Position numbers and translations under genes: made by a program | Shown here: in pieces, positions 1 through 13,467 of the stretch | How the letters are laid out: every line of letters begins with the position of its first letter | Numbering within the stretch: the stretch's first letter is position 1 | From: Phoronis australis | Lineage: Eukaryota; Animalia; Phoronida | Assembly (NCBI GenBank): GCA_002633005.1 | Contig: NMRA01000278.1 | Span: 339,873-403,872 of the forward strand | DNA length: 64,000 nucleotides | Direction of reading: 5' to 3' | Notes under the pieces: model-generated | What the model was told of the DNA's origin: nothing | Seen by the model: the letters and a program-made list of their open reading frames with translations, nothing else | The model's database searches: none

Positions 1-460
1 TTAAATTCTAGGCCCTGGCGTCCATTTCATGAAAGTGACTTCAGATTTAAATTCTAGGCCCTGGCGTCCATTTCATGAAAGTGACTTCAGATTTAAATTC
101 TAGGCCCTGGCGTCCATTTCATGAAAGTGACTTCAGATTTAAATTCTAGGCCCTGGCGTCCATTTCATGAAAGTGACTTCAGATTTAAATTCTAGGCCCT
201 GGCGTCCATTTCATGAAAGTGACTTCAGATTTAAATTCTAGGCCCTGGCGTCCATTTCATGAAAGTGACTTCAGATTTAAATTCTAGGCCCTGGCGTCCA
301 TTTCATGAAAGTGACTTCAGATTTAAATTCTAGGCCCTGGCGTCCATTTCATGAAAGTGACTTCAGATTTAAATTCTAGGCCCTGGCGTCCATTTCATGA
401 AAGTGACTTTAGATTTAAATTCTAGGCCCTGGCGTCCATTTCATGAAAGTGACTTCAGAT
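1..460. repeat. 46-bp tandem repeat, 10 near-identical copies (may extend left of the window); intronic to the RABGAP1-like gene
   Basis: Unit TTAAATTCTAGGCCCTGGCGTCCATTTCATGAAAGTGACTTCAGAT recurs every 46 bp; one C>T variant seen near 409. Confidence 0.97.
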
Positions 461-1386
461 TTGGTCTTGTGCTCCAAACAACTATTTCTCACTTAAGCAA
501 AGATTTAAATTTTCTGACAATATACACATAACTGCTAATTACTCGTAATTTCTGTAAATAATTTCCAGTCTCACAATTACGTGACAAAACATTTTCCTTA
601 ATTGTGGGAGGGTAAGAAGAAATTGTTTCTCTTAAGCCATTCTTGTGTCACAGACCCGTTGTCTCGCCACATTCTTTTCTGAAATTTGACGATTTGTGGA
701 CTTGGTAAGAAAGGACACACTTGTTTATGTTCCTAGCGTTCGTGTACTTTTGAAACATCATTTTTCTTGAGCTCAGGTCTCGCTCCTCATCTATCTACAG
801 GACACGCCAAACTATTTCTGACAAAATGACCCTTAATAGGGTGCATGCTGAATGTATGGTTAGAGTAACCTTCCCTCATAATAGAAACTGATGAGGAATT
901 GACAGGAAAGCTACTGTGTAATCCATTATGTATATAGTTTTTTTGGTCATTACCAGTCATTTTTGTTGGTAGTAGAATCAGACTTCCTGACAGGAGAACA
1001 GTATTTTGTCTGATTACAAATTTGTTATGTACTGTAAGTAAGAAGCAAGCTGAATCCTGGTGTAGAGTGGTATGTGGTCTAAATAAGGAGGCACTGATTT
1101 GTAACACTGTACATTAGGTGGTGCTGTGTACAACTCTATCTCAAAAAACCTTGGCTTCATATTCCGCTAGAAAACATTGCAGCATAGAGCTATTGCTGTG
1201 TAAACGCGAAGAATCTCATATCATAGAACAACTTGCACACTTTATTTTCCTGACATTGCGTACTGGTACCCCCTGCTTATAAATTCTGCCTATCTTCGAC
1301 AGGAAGTGATTTTGTTGTTTACTTTTGAAAACTATTGTAGTTCATGGGTCAGGCACCATGTAATTCGTTGTGTTTATGTCCCGCAG

Positions 1387-1734
1387 GAGCGGATGTCGGC
1401 ATGTGACACGTGTTGCGCTTTCATCGCCGACAATGGTGAACTCCTTCGCACCTCCTCATCAACTGGCAACAGCGGGTTAGAGACTGACCCCGACTTGACC
1501 TCAGCTCAGGCACACGTGCGAGAGTTGGAACTGGAGCTGGCACAGACAAAACTGGCTCTGGTCGAGTCGGAGTGTAAGACACAAGACCTAACACACCAGC
1601 TGCACGCAGCAGTCAACGAGTTGGAGGCTTCTAAGAACACGTGGTTCCAGAAGACGTTCACATCCATCAGGGAGGCTACGAGCAAGGACAAGACACGGAA
1701 GAAGAGTGATGCAGACAGTGGTGTGAGCGGTTAG
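1387..1734 (+). CDS. RABGAP1: Terminal coding exon of a Rab GTPase-activating protein 1 (RABGAP1/RABGAP1L)-like gene; C-terminal coiled coil
   Basis: Acceptor ...tttatgtcccgcag at 1386, phase 0. The peptide VRELELELAQTKLALVESECKTQDL...SKNTWFQKTFTSIR resembles the RABGAP1 C-terminus as I recall it (ELELAQTKLQLVEAECKIQDL...KKTWF). Stop TAG at 1732-1734. Confidence 0.82.
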   Translation, partial: ERMSACDTCCAFIADNGELLRTSSSTGNSGLETDPDLTSAQAHVRELELELAQTKLALVESECKTQDLTHQLHAAVNELEASKNTWFQKTFTSIREATSKDKTRKKSDADSGVSG

Positions 1735-4561
1735 CATCTTGACAATCTATAGTGAAGCTGGTGCTTATATATGGCAGTGGTGGCTCAACCATGAACCGTG
1801 ATCAACAACAGATGTGACAGAAAACTTTGGTTTCATTCACAGGCCCTTGAATCTGTCTATTCCTCGTATCCACCACTTAATGTAATATATGAGTCATTGG
1901 GGTGATTTGTGTGCCTGTGGTGTCATTATGAACACTGCTGTTGGTGGTCGGACCAAGACCGTGGCACAGAGGGTTTATTTCAGGGCTGCTAATGGTTTGA
2001 CCATGGATTGTGGCTCTTGTGATTGGACAAAAAGCATGGAACTGTTGGTTTTACCACAAACATCTTGGTGGTACCAGTTAGACTATGGGCCATTGTTCTT
2101 GTGGTTTAGTCCAATGAGAATGCTGTACAATTAGTTTTAAAATGGCAAATCTGGTATGGATTCTGCTATAGTGTGCAATATTATCTCTGTATAATTATTT
2201 ACTCATCTCTGACAATGTCTTCTTACTGTTTGACTGTAGGCAAGGTGGGTGCTGAAGTTTTTGGACTCCTTTGGCTGGAGTTGAATGTGCACTATTCAAA
2301 GTATGGCTCTCCATTTGAACAGTGACTCATGCCCTGCTGACTTGTGGCACCTCCTATTGGCCATGATGGAAACTTAACTTTAATGGTTTGTCTCTGCTGT
2401 AAGGGACACTCCATCATTGGTAGCTGTGTTCACATTGTGCCATTAAGAGGTGTTTGTTGTTTATTTCAACACCAATAGGTGGTGCCACATGCTTGTGACT
2501 CGTAGTCATTGTACTCGGTCAAAACAACATGTTTTACACGTGGTGGTTTGTTTAAATGAATGTAGATGTTTGAAGTATTTCCTTGTCCTTATTTTCACCA
2601 AATGACTCTTACTGCTCCTCCACCCAGCACTGATTGACTTTCATTTTTAGATGGTCCTTAGGTCACCAGGAATGGATTACTTGGTATTTATCAGCTGCAT
2701 TTCATAGGCCCCTGTTGACTTTTTCAAGCTTCTTTGACTGTTACACACCGATCCTGAGATGCTCTGGGTGAAATGAATCCATCTATGAAAGCATCAACGA
2801 GTCAGCCCGGCACAGTGACACCTTTGCGACGTTTTTTTTTTTCAGTATTGCTTACTGGACCTGAGCAATGTGCATACTGCAGAGTATAGGTGGACATTGC
2901 TTTGATACACTCCTCTCTAGAAGCTTGTAAACATCGTCAGTGACCCACAAATGTAAATCTGTAGATTCTCAAGTGAGTTCCCTAAAGATTTCTAATTTTC
3001 TCGTATCCTAATTCAGGTCTATCCACAGGCCCAGATATTTGATGAGGGGGGGGGGGCTGTTCTGTTAGGTTTTGTTGATAGTGCACTCAGGAGGTGGGTA
3101 TTGTCAGTACTGTATTCCCAATAAATTCTTGAATGATTTCTGATGAGCTAATAGTGTGAACGAACCTTTGAGTTTTATTAGCAGAATAAGAGTCCTAAAT
3201 GGCAAAGTGTTGTTGAGAAGCTGGTTTTATGATGGACTTGTACACAATGACAATATATGTGTTGGCAGCGGTACATTTTGTGCCTTCTCCAGGTGTTTAA
3301 ATTGTTCATATCTTTGGTGTATTAAATTTGCGTTTCAATTGAAAGCTATAAAGGTTCACGTCTTCCTTAAAGACCTCTGCAAATGTCATCCGTTGTATAA
3401 CAGATGAGGTGTTTTAGTGTGAACATTGACTGAAACTTACCTGGCCCGTTGTACAATGTACTGCTGGGTGATATGCACTTGCTAATGTTTAGTTAGGAAG
3501 TGATCGATTGTCTGTGTATTAAGTTATTATGAATAACATTGATTTGTGTCAGATTTCTCTCTGGTTTGATTTTTAAGTACATCTTTGGGCTTGAGAGTTG
3601 AATATTATGCAATTCTAAAATGCTAAAATTTGTCTGGCAGTGCTTTTTCGATTGTTTAAAAAAATCCCATCCAATGAAGCTCTCCTTGAAAGGCTAATCT
3701 AGCTCCAGGTTCAGCCAATGAATTCAGCCCGTTGTGCGAGTATTATTATAAAAAGCTTCACAATCTTTTGCAGGCGAATAGCTTGATACTGTATGTGCCT
3801 GTATTTTAGCTGGGGCCGTTTTAACATTTTTGGGGCAGAGCAGTGCATTGGAATCCCCTCACCAAGAGAGCAGGGCTTTGTTCCGTAGTTCCAAGATGTT
3901 AGCGCGCCCTTGCGGCTAAAAATGTAATGAAAAGGAAACTGAATTCTTTCCCGTGATTTACGAATTCTAGTATCATTCCAACCTGCATGCTCACGTATCA
4001 TTGGTGTGATTTTGCATCATCTCGCTCTCCCTGGTTCCGCCCTGCGTGCTGACTACCACTTAGTGGCACGCGGGGCACCAGCCAACATCTTGCTCTTCTC
4101 GCAACAAACGCGGTCTGGGAATCATTGTACTCATTTAATTTAAAATTTGAGTCGTTACATAGTTGTATCACAATATTAAGTTCACGAACACGGTTAACAT
4201 ACCGAACTCTCAAACATCGTTTCCCGTCTGGAAAGTTTAGCAGTTGTTACCAGAAAAAATGGCTATTGTGTGAGGCAAATCAAAAGTGCGTCTTGCGCGC
4301 TGTAAACATGTCGTTAACACACCCACTACCACAAGAAACTGTAGGAACACCGCATTTATCCACCTTCACTCTTATCAGGCTTCTATTGTGAGTCAGCATG
4401 CGTGAATAATTGGCTGATAAGCCAACTCTGGAACTACTTTTGGCTGAATGGATGACCAGGCCATAAAATGATAATTAGCCAAGACCAGTTAACTAATGCA
4501 ACAAAGAATAATGTCGAAGCATCACCTAGCCTTGGTGGAAAGCTGTATACTGTATTGGCTC

Positions 4562-5533
4562 NNNNNNNNNNNNNNNNNNNNNNNNNNNNNNNNNNNNNNN
4601 NNNNNNNNNNNNNNNNNNNNNNNNNNNNNNNNNNNNNNNNNNNNNNNNNNNNNNNNNNNNNNNNNNNNNNNNNNNNNNNNNNNNNNNNNNNNNNNNNNNN
4701 NNNNNNNNNNNNNNNNNNNNNNNNNNNNNNNNNNNNNNNNNNNNNNNNNNNNNNNNNNNNNNNNNNNNNNNNNNNNNNNNNNNNNNNNNNNNNNNNNNNN
4801 NNNNNNNNNNNNNNNNNNNNNNNNNNNNNNNNNNNNNNNNNNNNNNNNNNNNNNNNNNNNNNNNNNNNNNNNNNNNNNNNNNNNNNNNNNNNNNNNNNNN
4901 NNNNNNNNNNNNNNNNNNNNNNNNNNNNNNNNNNNNNNNNNNNNNNNNNNNNNNNNNNNNNNNNNNNNNNNNNNNNNNNNNNNNNNNNNNNNNNNNNNNN
5001 NNNNNNNNNNNNNNNNNNNNNNNNNNNNNNNNNNNNNNNNNNNNNNNNNNNNNNNNNNNNNNNNNNNNNNNNNNNNNNNNNNNNNNNNNNNNNNNNNNNN
5101 NNNNNNNNNNNNNNNNNNNNNNNNNNNNNNNNNNNNNNNNNNNNNNNNNNNNNNNNNNNNNNNNNNNNNNNNNNNNNNNNNNNNNNNNNNNNNNNNNNNN
5201 NNNNNNNNNNNNNNNNNNNNNNNNNNNNNNNNNNNNNNNNNNNNNNNNNNNNNNNNNNNNNNNNNNNNNNNNNNNNNNNNNNNNNNNNNNNNNNNNNNNN
5301 NNNNNNNNNNNNNNNNNNNNNNNNNNNNNNNNNNNNNNNNNNNNNNNNNNNNNNNNNNNNNNNNNNNNNNNNNNNNNNNNNNNNNNNNNNNNNNNNNNNN
5401 NNNNNNNNNNNNNNNNNNNNNNNNNNNNNNNNNNNNNNNNNNNNNNNNNNNNNNNNNNNNNNNNNNNNNNNNNNNNNNNNNNNNNNNNNNNNNNNNNNNN
5501 NNNNNNNNNNNNNNNNNNNNNNNNNNNNNNNNN
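4562..5533. other. Assembly gap (run of N)
   Basis: 972 N bases; the long poly-X ORFs here are artefacts. Confidence 0.99.
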
Positions 5534-5989
5534 CCCCCCCCTCCTGGATCCCCCTGGAACAAGCATAGTTATGTTTCTTCAGAGGCCTCGTTCATATCCG
5601 AGGGAAAAGGTGCCTCATGTGTGTGCGGCCTTCTGAGAGGGGTACGTTTCGCCGAGTGACGGGTCAGTGAAAACTCTACTGACCTCCCGATCACCATCAA
5701 TAGCACCCCGCCCTTTTGCAAGCTCTCATAGCTCTGTCTCACAAGTAGCATTTTCAGTGGCTGATCTAGGATTCCATTATATAGGCCTAGTGAGGGGGGA
5801 GCCCGACATCCTCGGAGAAGTGGGCAATGAAGCGCGATTGTGTGCACGCAGGCGGCCCGGAAGTTGCGGGCGCCGAGGCTGTATAACTTCTGCTCAGGAA
5901 ATCTGTCGTTGGACTAAAAAAATAAAAAGGAACGTGTGCACGATATGTTGAAGGTTTTAAACAACTGGTATAAAAAGTGGAGAGTGGTT

Positions 5990-7230
5990 GTAGACTTGGC
6001 AAAAACTAATGTTGTCCATTTTTGAGCTAAGTGTATGCTTAGAAGCAATTTTCAATTTATTTTGAACAGTGTCATCAGTTATAAGCCCTCATACAAATAG
6101 TTAGGCTGTATTCTGGATCAACACCTTAACCTAAAGAAAACTGAATGCGTTATCTGAAGCTTCTGGTAGAGCGTTGGGCAAGATGTGCTCAACATTCTGT
6201 GGTAACAAGAATCTAGGATTCGAAACGTTTAAAACATTATTTAATTCACGTGTGGCACCAATTTTGGATTACGTGTCATCTGTGTGGGGTTACAAAAATT
6301 TTAGTAATGATAAAAATATTCAAAACAGAGTTATGCGTTTTTAGTTAGGGTTCAAGCGATTTACAAACACTCATGCTGCCAGTGGAGATGTGGGGTGGGA
6401 CTCCACCGGAAATAGATTTAAATCGAATATGTTGCGTCTTTGGAAAAAAACTAGCAACCACAGGTGGCTATAGGTAACTCAAGAAGGTATTTCCATGGGA
6501 CTACTCTGTTGGTAGAAATGGTTGGATAGACGGAATCAAAAATTTGTTTAACATAACTGGCATGCAATCCTGTTTTCCATATTCGACTACTTGTAATATA
6601 GTAAATGTAGAAACAAACTATTTGAATACTCGAAACATGTTTGGACTCAGAGACTGTTGTAAAAAAATTCAAAGTTATGAATCTACATTTTATTTAAGCA
6701 CGAGTTTTTAACTGAACCGTAAGTGAAGCTTAATTTATCTCGTTCCGATTGCTCTCTTTTGGCTTACATGTAGTTTAGAGCAGGAAATCTCACATTAGTG
6801 CCCTTGAAAACTGGTCGTTATGAAAACACGCCTGTAAGTGAAAGACTTTGTTTGTGTTGTGATTCTGGTTCTGTGGAGGATAAGCTATATTTGTTTTTGA
6901 TTGTTCTCTTTAGAACCGAGGTATATCCCGTTTCACAATGTTTCACTTCAAGTCGCGAACTTTGCAAATTTCAGAAGATTAGATACGTTAAAACTGCTGT
7001 TTCAGTATTTCCATACGCAATTCGCCAAATATATCAAGTCTACTTTTGAACTTAGAAGGCGTCGCATTTATCGTAAGCCTACGGTGTACAACTAAGTTGT
7101 GTGGTTTAAGTGACTAATAAGCCCAACTGGGCTGGGTACTTATTTTTCTCACGAATGTTATACCTATAACTGTTTGAATTAATTGCACTTGTCACTATAA
7201 TAACTAAATACAATCCAATACAAAACACAC
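5990..7230 (+). mobile_element. Degraded 3' fragment of an RTEX-like non-LTR retrotransposon
   Basis: Frameshifted remnants KTNVVHF, YK*LGCILDQHL, FNSRVAPILDYVSSVWG, IQNRVMRF and the C-terminal LKTGRYENTPVSERLCLCC...VEDK motif; ends in an AATAA/CAATA/CA-rich tail. Confidence 0.75.
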
Positions 7231-7767
7231 ACACATATATATGTGTGTGTGCGTGTGCGTGTGCATGTGTTTATTTAATACGGATTATGTATATGTATAT
7301 ATTATGCAAAACTTGTTAAATCCACGAGTTTTTGTCATCTTTTTACATTCCGTTCGTATCCTGGAACGAAATTCGACATTACAGAACATTGGTAGAGTAA
7401 GTGACCTAGAGACATGATTAAAAGACACACTTTATTTCGAAACTTACTTGTTTCAGTCTCAGGTGGAGAAAATGACCCAGTAATACCACCACAGAGCATA
7501 AGCTAGTAACAAACACAGAGGGACACGGCAGTTGTGAAATACTGCTAAGAATTACAAATTAAGACAGTAATAGGAAAATCACACAAACAAAGGTAGCGGG
7601 CGGTGCGATCCTGTTTCCTGTTCATTGAAATTACTCTTCTAGAATGCAATACTTAGGTGCAAAAATCTGAGCATCTGGCGATTTTGTTTATGGTGGACTG
7701 ATGATGTATGATACATGTAATTACAGAAAGAAAATGTAATGTACATTTTCATACTACGCTATAATCA

Positions 7768-7913
7768 TCATGGCTGGTTTGTGTCCTGGGTTTTTTTTTT
7801 GCAGTAGTTGCATGACAAAATAGTTATCACGATAACCAATATCAGTACTCCTGATCCAATACCCGCGAATCCAATAATTATCCACTTGCTTGTATGCTCG
7901 GTGTCCTGGCTAC
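7768..7913 (-). CDS. Gene A transmembrane exon (probably the last coding exon) of a cbEGF-repeat type I membrane protein
   Basis: Pyrimidine-rich acceptor ending tttcag, phase 1. Reads GSQDTEHTSKWIIIGFAGIGSGVLILVIVITILSCNYCKKKTQDTNQP*: a hydrophobic helix followed by Cys residues and a KKK stop-transfer. Confidence 0.8.
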
Positions 7914-8399
7914 CTGAAAAATAGAAAATCTTAAGTCAGTTACACATATACATGTAGAAGTAAATCAGAAATAACTTAGTGTGGCTAACTGTGGGCCTCG
8001 ATGACGATTAAGCATCTCATCTGGCCAATATTTAGTTGTTATATCTATCGTTGGAAACGTTGCCCTAAAACACAAAGTAACAACTGCAACAAGGTGACTG
8101 AAGATGATTTCTGTGGTACTAAACAAGTGCCAGACATCTTCTGGGATACGATTGTTATCGATTTTTTGCCAGAGATAGTCCAACGTTTTGTACCTAGCTG
8201 TTAATTCCGTTTATCGGACTTTAGAACGTCGTCATTACTCCAAACCCCTACGCATAGATAAAACGACAACATAGCCCCTTGCTGCTTTATTCGTTTTTAA
8301 TGACTTCAATTTGTAGCCAACAAAATCGAATTAAATAATCACCTCGAGTCGACAGGCTTGCACGGTTAAGAGGTTGGCATGGTTTTTGCTGCTGAAATG

Positions 8400-8651
8400 C
8401 ATGCGCGCACCCAGGGGGGACTTGGGGGGCTCGGACGAGCCCCTCATGTAGCGAAGTGGACAAGAAGATCTGCCTCAGAGAAACAAAAAGTTCGAGAAAA
8501 CGAGACAATAGTCCACTAAAGGGGCGCAAACGCACAATTCACAGCTCTGGACGTGGTACTCCATTTTTAGTCGTTCAGCTTTTTTGTCCGTGAAAGGTCC
8601 ATATCGTCAGAAATTCGAGCCTCCCCATATTAAAGGATGGGTGCGTGCATG
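8400..8651. mobile_element. Non-autonomous DNA transposon (MITE), hAT5-like, 5-bp TSD
   Basis: TIRs CATGCGCGCACCCA / TGGGTGCGTGCATG (1 mismatch), flanked on both sides by AAATG (8395-8399, 8652-8656). Confidence 0.75.
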
Positions 8652-9334
8652 AAATGTTAACTATAATTTAACAGTGGATCCCAGGTAATCTGTTTTGTAA
8701 AAGAACTTAAGAATAGCATTAACTTGCAACGAACTGGTGTTTGTATAATTTGTTTTTGAAAACAATCTTGGTCGATGGTGCATTTTGAGTTCGATCAATC
8801 TTTGAAATAACAGTGTCAAATTACGCTTGAAATCTCAATATATGCTGCGGGCACCATCCCGGAGTCCAATCTTTGTATCAGAAATCGACCTCAAACTTAT
8901 CTTTTGCTTTTTTCGTTTTCATTTTGTGCGAACTTAAGATACACGTAAGTGTCAAATAGTTGGCGAGTACATTATAGTTTTATGTGGATTAGCGTCAAAT
9001 ACTGGCTTCTAGTTGATAGTGTCAGCAATGTACGTACGAGGGTGGGTTTAAATTTCGAGTGTTTATTCGAAGTGTTCCTTTTTTTCTCGAGTCCGTGGCT
9101 CGAATCTGGGGGCCATCAAATGTGAAGATTTAGACGAGACTACTGGTCGGCATAAATCAAGTTACAATTGAGCGGAGAAAAGCAGGCACTTTTTTGGGTT
9201 CGCTTAAAAGTAGTACGGAAAATTCGGGATCGATTTCGAGTAGCCCTGCGAAAATTAGATCCCGACCTAACCAGTCTCGTAATAAATCACTACAACAAAG
9301 ATTCTACTTTTCTTTTTAAAAGACAATTACCAAC

Positions 9335-9451
9335 CTTCACAGGATAACCCAGGTTTCGATTTGTTGTATTTACACCTACAGTAGTATGATCCCGGTGTGT
9401 TCATACACTTCTCATTGCTCCCACAAGGACCATCCAGACATTCGTTGATGT
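9335..9451 (-). CDS. Gene A cbEGF exon (117 nt, phase 1-1)
   Basis: ag|...|gt boundaries; [39 protein letters not shown]; 6 Cys and cbEGF consensus. Confidence 0.88.
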
Positions 9452-10490
9452 CTAGAATGAAGACAAGTCCAAAGCTATCGTTAGGTAGTCACTGGGCACA
9501 AATCAGTTAAACAGTAGATGAACTTTTAAAGCTCCTTATTAAAATAAAATAAAATAACCACAATGCATTACATTTATACATGTGTGTGTGTGTTTTTTAA
9601 TCGGGAAATACACGATTAGTTAGTTTATATCTTATAACCATTCAACTTTCATTGAAGCCACACAGGTTTAGGAGCAATGTAGTCAAAATAATGAAAAATG
9701 GCTCACATGTTACTGATTTGATGCGGACCAGTTTTGGACGAGGTGTGCGATTTTGTCCTTTTCTTTTTCGTGAAGTAACGAATAACATGAATTGCATATG
9801 ACATCATGGTAAAAAAATATCATGAAGCCTATGTTATGAAAACAAAAGACAAAATTTGATTTTCGTTTTAGCATGCTACGCAGGACGAACTGTAACTTTA
9901 AGACAATTTTCAGTGGGTCACATTGGTGCAGAGACTTAATAAGAACTTCATATTCGTCTTTATACCACTGTCTCACTAAAATGAGCCCTGGGCATTGAGT
10001 TCTCCTGTCATTTAAGTATTAACCCATGCTTCTTAAACAGTGAAAGCATTCTCCTTAAATGATTTATCATTTTTGTCACTCGTTTTGACTACCGTTTCCA
10101 TAAACCTGTGGTCTTTAATCAAAGAAACATGCTAAAAGCCAAAAGATATATACCAAATAGTTAGGAATTTTCAAGTGAACACAAGCACTTATGAACAATG
10201 TTCGATTTCCTAATTAAGGGAAACGATAAGCAAAATGGAAGGTAGGAGCGCGTGAGAGGGACAGACATGTTCATGTTGCAAAAATATGTCAAGGGGCCGC
10301 TTTACATGGCATTCTATAAACTCAAGGCAACGACAATTCAAGGGGAGACAATTCAAAGGGAGACAATTGAGAGTATGGTCGATAAACAAGTTCATGACCT
10401 TCACTAGTCCAGGAGCAAAGGGTCTGAACCTGTAATTGTCGTACGAACCTTTTTTCCGTTGTTTTATGTGGCGCCCAGTTGCCAGAACAT

Positions 10491-10710
10491 GTCACATCAG
10501 TGGACGGTTTTGGTTACATCGGTGGACGGTTTTAGTCACATCGGGGGACGGTTTTAGTCTCATCGGTAGACGGTTTTGGTCACATCAGTGGACGGTTTTA
10601 GTCACATCTGTGGACGGTTTTTGTCACATCTTTGGACGGTTTTAGTCACATCGGTGGACGGTTTTAGTCACATCGGAGGACGGTTTTAGTCACATCGGTG
10701 GACGGTTTTG
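10491..10710. repeat. 22-bp minisatellite, 10 copies
   Basis: Unit GTCACATCGGTGGACGGTTTTA with minor variants. Confidence 0.95.
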
Positions 10711-11163
10711 TATCTTGCTCTATTTCGTTTTATGGACATAGGCTGAAAAGGCTCGCGATATCTTTAATAGCAACTGAAACATTCCAATTTTTTCAAAAAA
10801 GCCTTCAAAAGGAAACATCCCAAAATATTAAACGTGCCTAATTGTACTTCCTCGTTCCCATGGATTTTAGAAACCCAGGTTAATTGCTTTGAAAACCCCT
10901 TCAAAATAAAGCTCCTAGTTTATTCTGTGGGTGAATAGTAACTGTATTATACGAAAATAAGTTAGTAAATGTACATGTTCTACAATATCGTACATGAATA
11001 ATAATTATTACAATATAATAAACTTAACTATTTTCCAACACAAAGGTTGACGGGTAATTGGTTGCACTTGATTCACTTCGCCGGTTCTAACTCCGGGTAA
11101 GCGGGCTAAGACATTTCTGATTGGTTCTCCATGACTTCCGGCTTACAGACAAATCAGCCTCCC

Positions 11164-11277
11164 GTTCAGTAACGCTAGGACCTCGCTAAAAAGATATTAT
11201 CTTGTATTTTAAATAAGAACACGGGACTTTGACTAGCTTTTGGCTAGGTCCTAGCGTAGGTCCTAGCGTTACTGAAC
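11164..11277. mobile_element. Short MITE-like element with a 20-bp perfect inverted repeat
   Basis: GTTCAGTAACGCTAGGACCT (11164-11183) and AGGTCCTAGCGTTACTGAAC (11258-11277). Confidence 0.6.
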
Positions 11278-11513
11278 CCACGCCAGGTGTCCTCAGTAGT
11301 CTGCTGAACTTAAGGAACCGGCAATGTGAATACAGGGGCGGACATTGCTTTGAAAGACTTAACGTTATTTTGTTCCCTACAAAACTGCTTGACAGGTGTT
11401 TCCCTCATTTCAAAACAATGCACGCATTGCCAAGGTTAGATGTTTGTTATCCAAATTCCTGTTTGGTAAAAAATTCATTTTTTTCGTTGGTAGAGACATA
11501 CACATCAACGTAC

Positions 11514-11630
11514 CGAGACACGGATAGCCGCTATAGCCTTGCGTACACCTACATCTGTATGATCCAATGGTGTTGATACAATCTTCGTTAATATAACACG
11601 GGTTTTGGGCTTGGGCGCACTCATCGACAT
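11514..11630 (-). CDS. Gene A cbEGF exon (117 nt, phase 1-1)
   Basis: tttgtag|...|gtacgt; DVDECAQAQNPCYINEDCINTIGSYRCRCTQGYSGYPCL. Confidence 0.9.
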
Positions 11631-12053
11631 CTACAAAGCATGAAAGTCATAACAATACCATTCTATTTTAACTTCAAACCCGTTTTCCAAAGAACAGTTT
11701 GGAACTCCTTAGATGTTTTTAATCAATAATTTAAACACGTTGCATAAATGATACATGTCTTGCCTAAATTTTGAGACATTAAAGTTTAAAACGTTACTCA
11801 CTTATTTGTATTATGTGGGACTACTTGAGGAGCAGAAAGGTAAAGGTTTCTTTTGTAGCCACTGGGCCAAAGAAACACGTTACACACACATTGCATGAAT
11901 CTAAGAGCTTACGAAAAGTTTTTCAGCAAGCCAGTTTTCTTGCATTATGAAGAGGGACTTCAAACTTCTCTTACGGGAAATTTGTGTTTACCGATGCAAA
12001 CACGATCGTGTTTCGCTGTCTCAGTATCCACGGAACTGAACGATATATCTTAC

Positions 12054-12164
12054 CTTGACAGAAGTCGCCAGCGTAGCCTACGTCACAGTCACATTTATAT
12101 GACCCATTAAGGTTTATGCAAGGGACATGTTTCAAACAGGGGTGCTGAGCACATTCGTCGATGT
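12054..12164 (-). CDS. Gene A cbEGF exon (111 nt, phase 1-1)
   Basis: ttttag|...|gtaaga; DIDECAQHPCLKHVPCINLNGSYKCDCDVGYAGDFCQ. Confidence 0.9.
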
Positions 12165-13356
12165 CTAAAATAAGAGTACGAGATTACGTAACCTAACTCC
12201 AGCTTTACTGTGCATCTCAGTCAAAGGCTGAAACTGAAACACAATTACCCTCCACGTCTACGTACACATCTCGAAACTAGTAGTAAAAATGAACCTGCTG
12301 ACATACATGTAGTAACTGAATAATCTATATTTCGTTCTATTTCCTGAGTTCAACTTCTCGACTGTGAATCACACGAATGGTGTATACTCCTTGAAATTTC
12401 AATTCCATCTGGCAGCGCAAGCTCCACGGGAACGTGGTCTGCTTCTGTTCCAACCGTGTCCGTTTAGACTGCACAATTCGTTACCTGCGTCTACTTTGAT
12501 CTTTAAAATCAGTGATTAGAGAAGCAAAAGCTTGACTCAGCCTTTTTGAAGTGCATCGTGTACAGAAAAAGCGTTTAAAGCGATTCCAAGAAGCTTTGAA
12601 GGGGTTTGGACCCAGTTAGCCCAAAAGTCGTAATACTGTCGTGTTTTATGACACAGACTATTTCATAAAATATATACATTTCAGTTTAAATAAGAGATTA
12701 TTTAATTAGCCTATTTAGTTTTTTTAATCGTGACGATAAATAATCGCAAATCTATCGTTGGTGAAATGGGTGAACGTTACACACGCAAATTACATGTACG
12801 TGCATAACTTAATTCTTCTTAAAGGTATTAAGTAATTATTTGTGGCGTATAGTAATTATTCGGCATACACAAAAAAAATCTGAACGTCTTGGCTGATTTA
12901 GCGGTAATAGAAATGTTATAGGATGTCATGGCATGTTGGCATTCCTTTTTGATCCCTTTTGATGTACGGTAAAACTACACTCCGAATATGGCAAAGATAT
13001 GGACTGAGGAACACCGCCCCTACACACGAATCGAGCTTCGGAGTCCGTGTACCACAATTCAGTAGTCACTGATCATACTATACGGCACTCACTGATCACT
13101 GTTAATTATTTAAAAGGAACAATTTCTTTCCTATTTGAAGTTTGGAGTACACGTTAACAAACAGACTAGAAACTTGGCGTAAATAAAAAATAAAGTAGAG
13201 ATGAGGCATACTAGTTCACTGACTGCAATCAGGAAATTATTTCATTCATTGTCATTTTCTGTTTTAAGTAGCTGCATACTTGAATTTCATTGTCAATATT
13301 TTACATTCTTTTTGTGACAAAAACCAGATGCTGGTATGACACTTACTGCACCTTAC

Positions 13357-13467
13357 CTGTACACGGGTTGCCACTGTAGCCAGGTAAGCAATTACATGCA
13401 AAGGAACCAAGTGTGTTCTTGCAGACTTGGTTGGTTTGACAGGGGAGTTGTGCACACTCGTCGATGT
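13357..13467 (-). CDS. Gene A cbEGF exon (111 nt, phase 1-1)
   Basis: tgtag|...|gtaagg; DIDECAQLPCQTNQVCKNTLGSFACNCLPGYSGNPCT. Confidence 0.9.

Noticed and set aside
4468-5659. Long ORFs of 346-387 aa
   Set aside because: They consist of N-gap translations (X residues).
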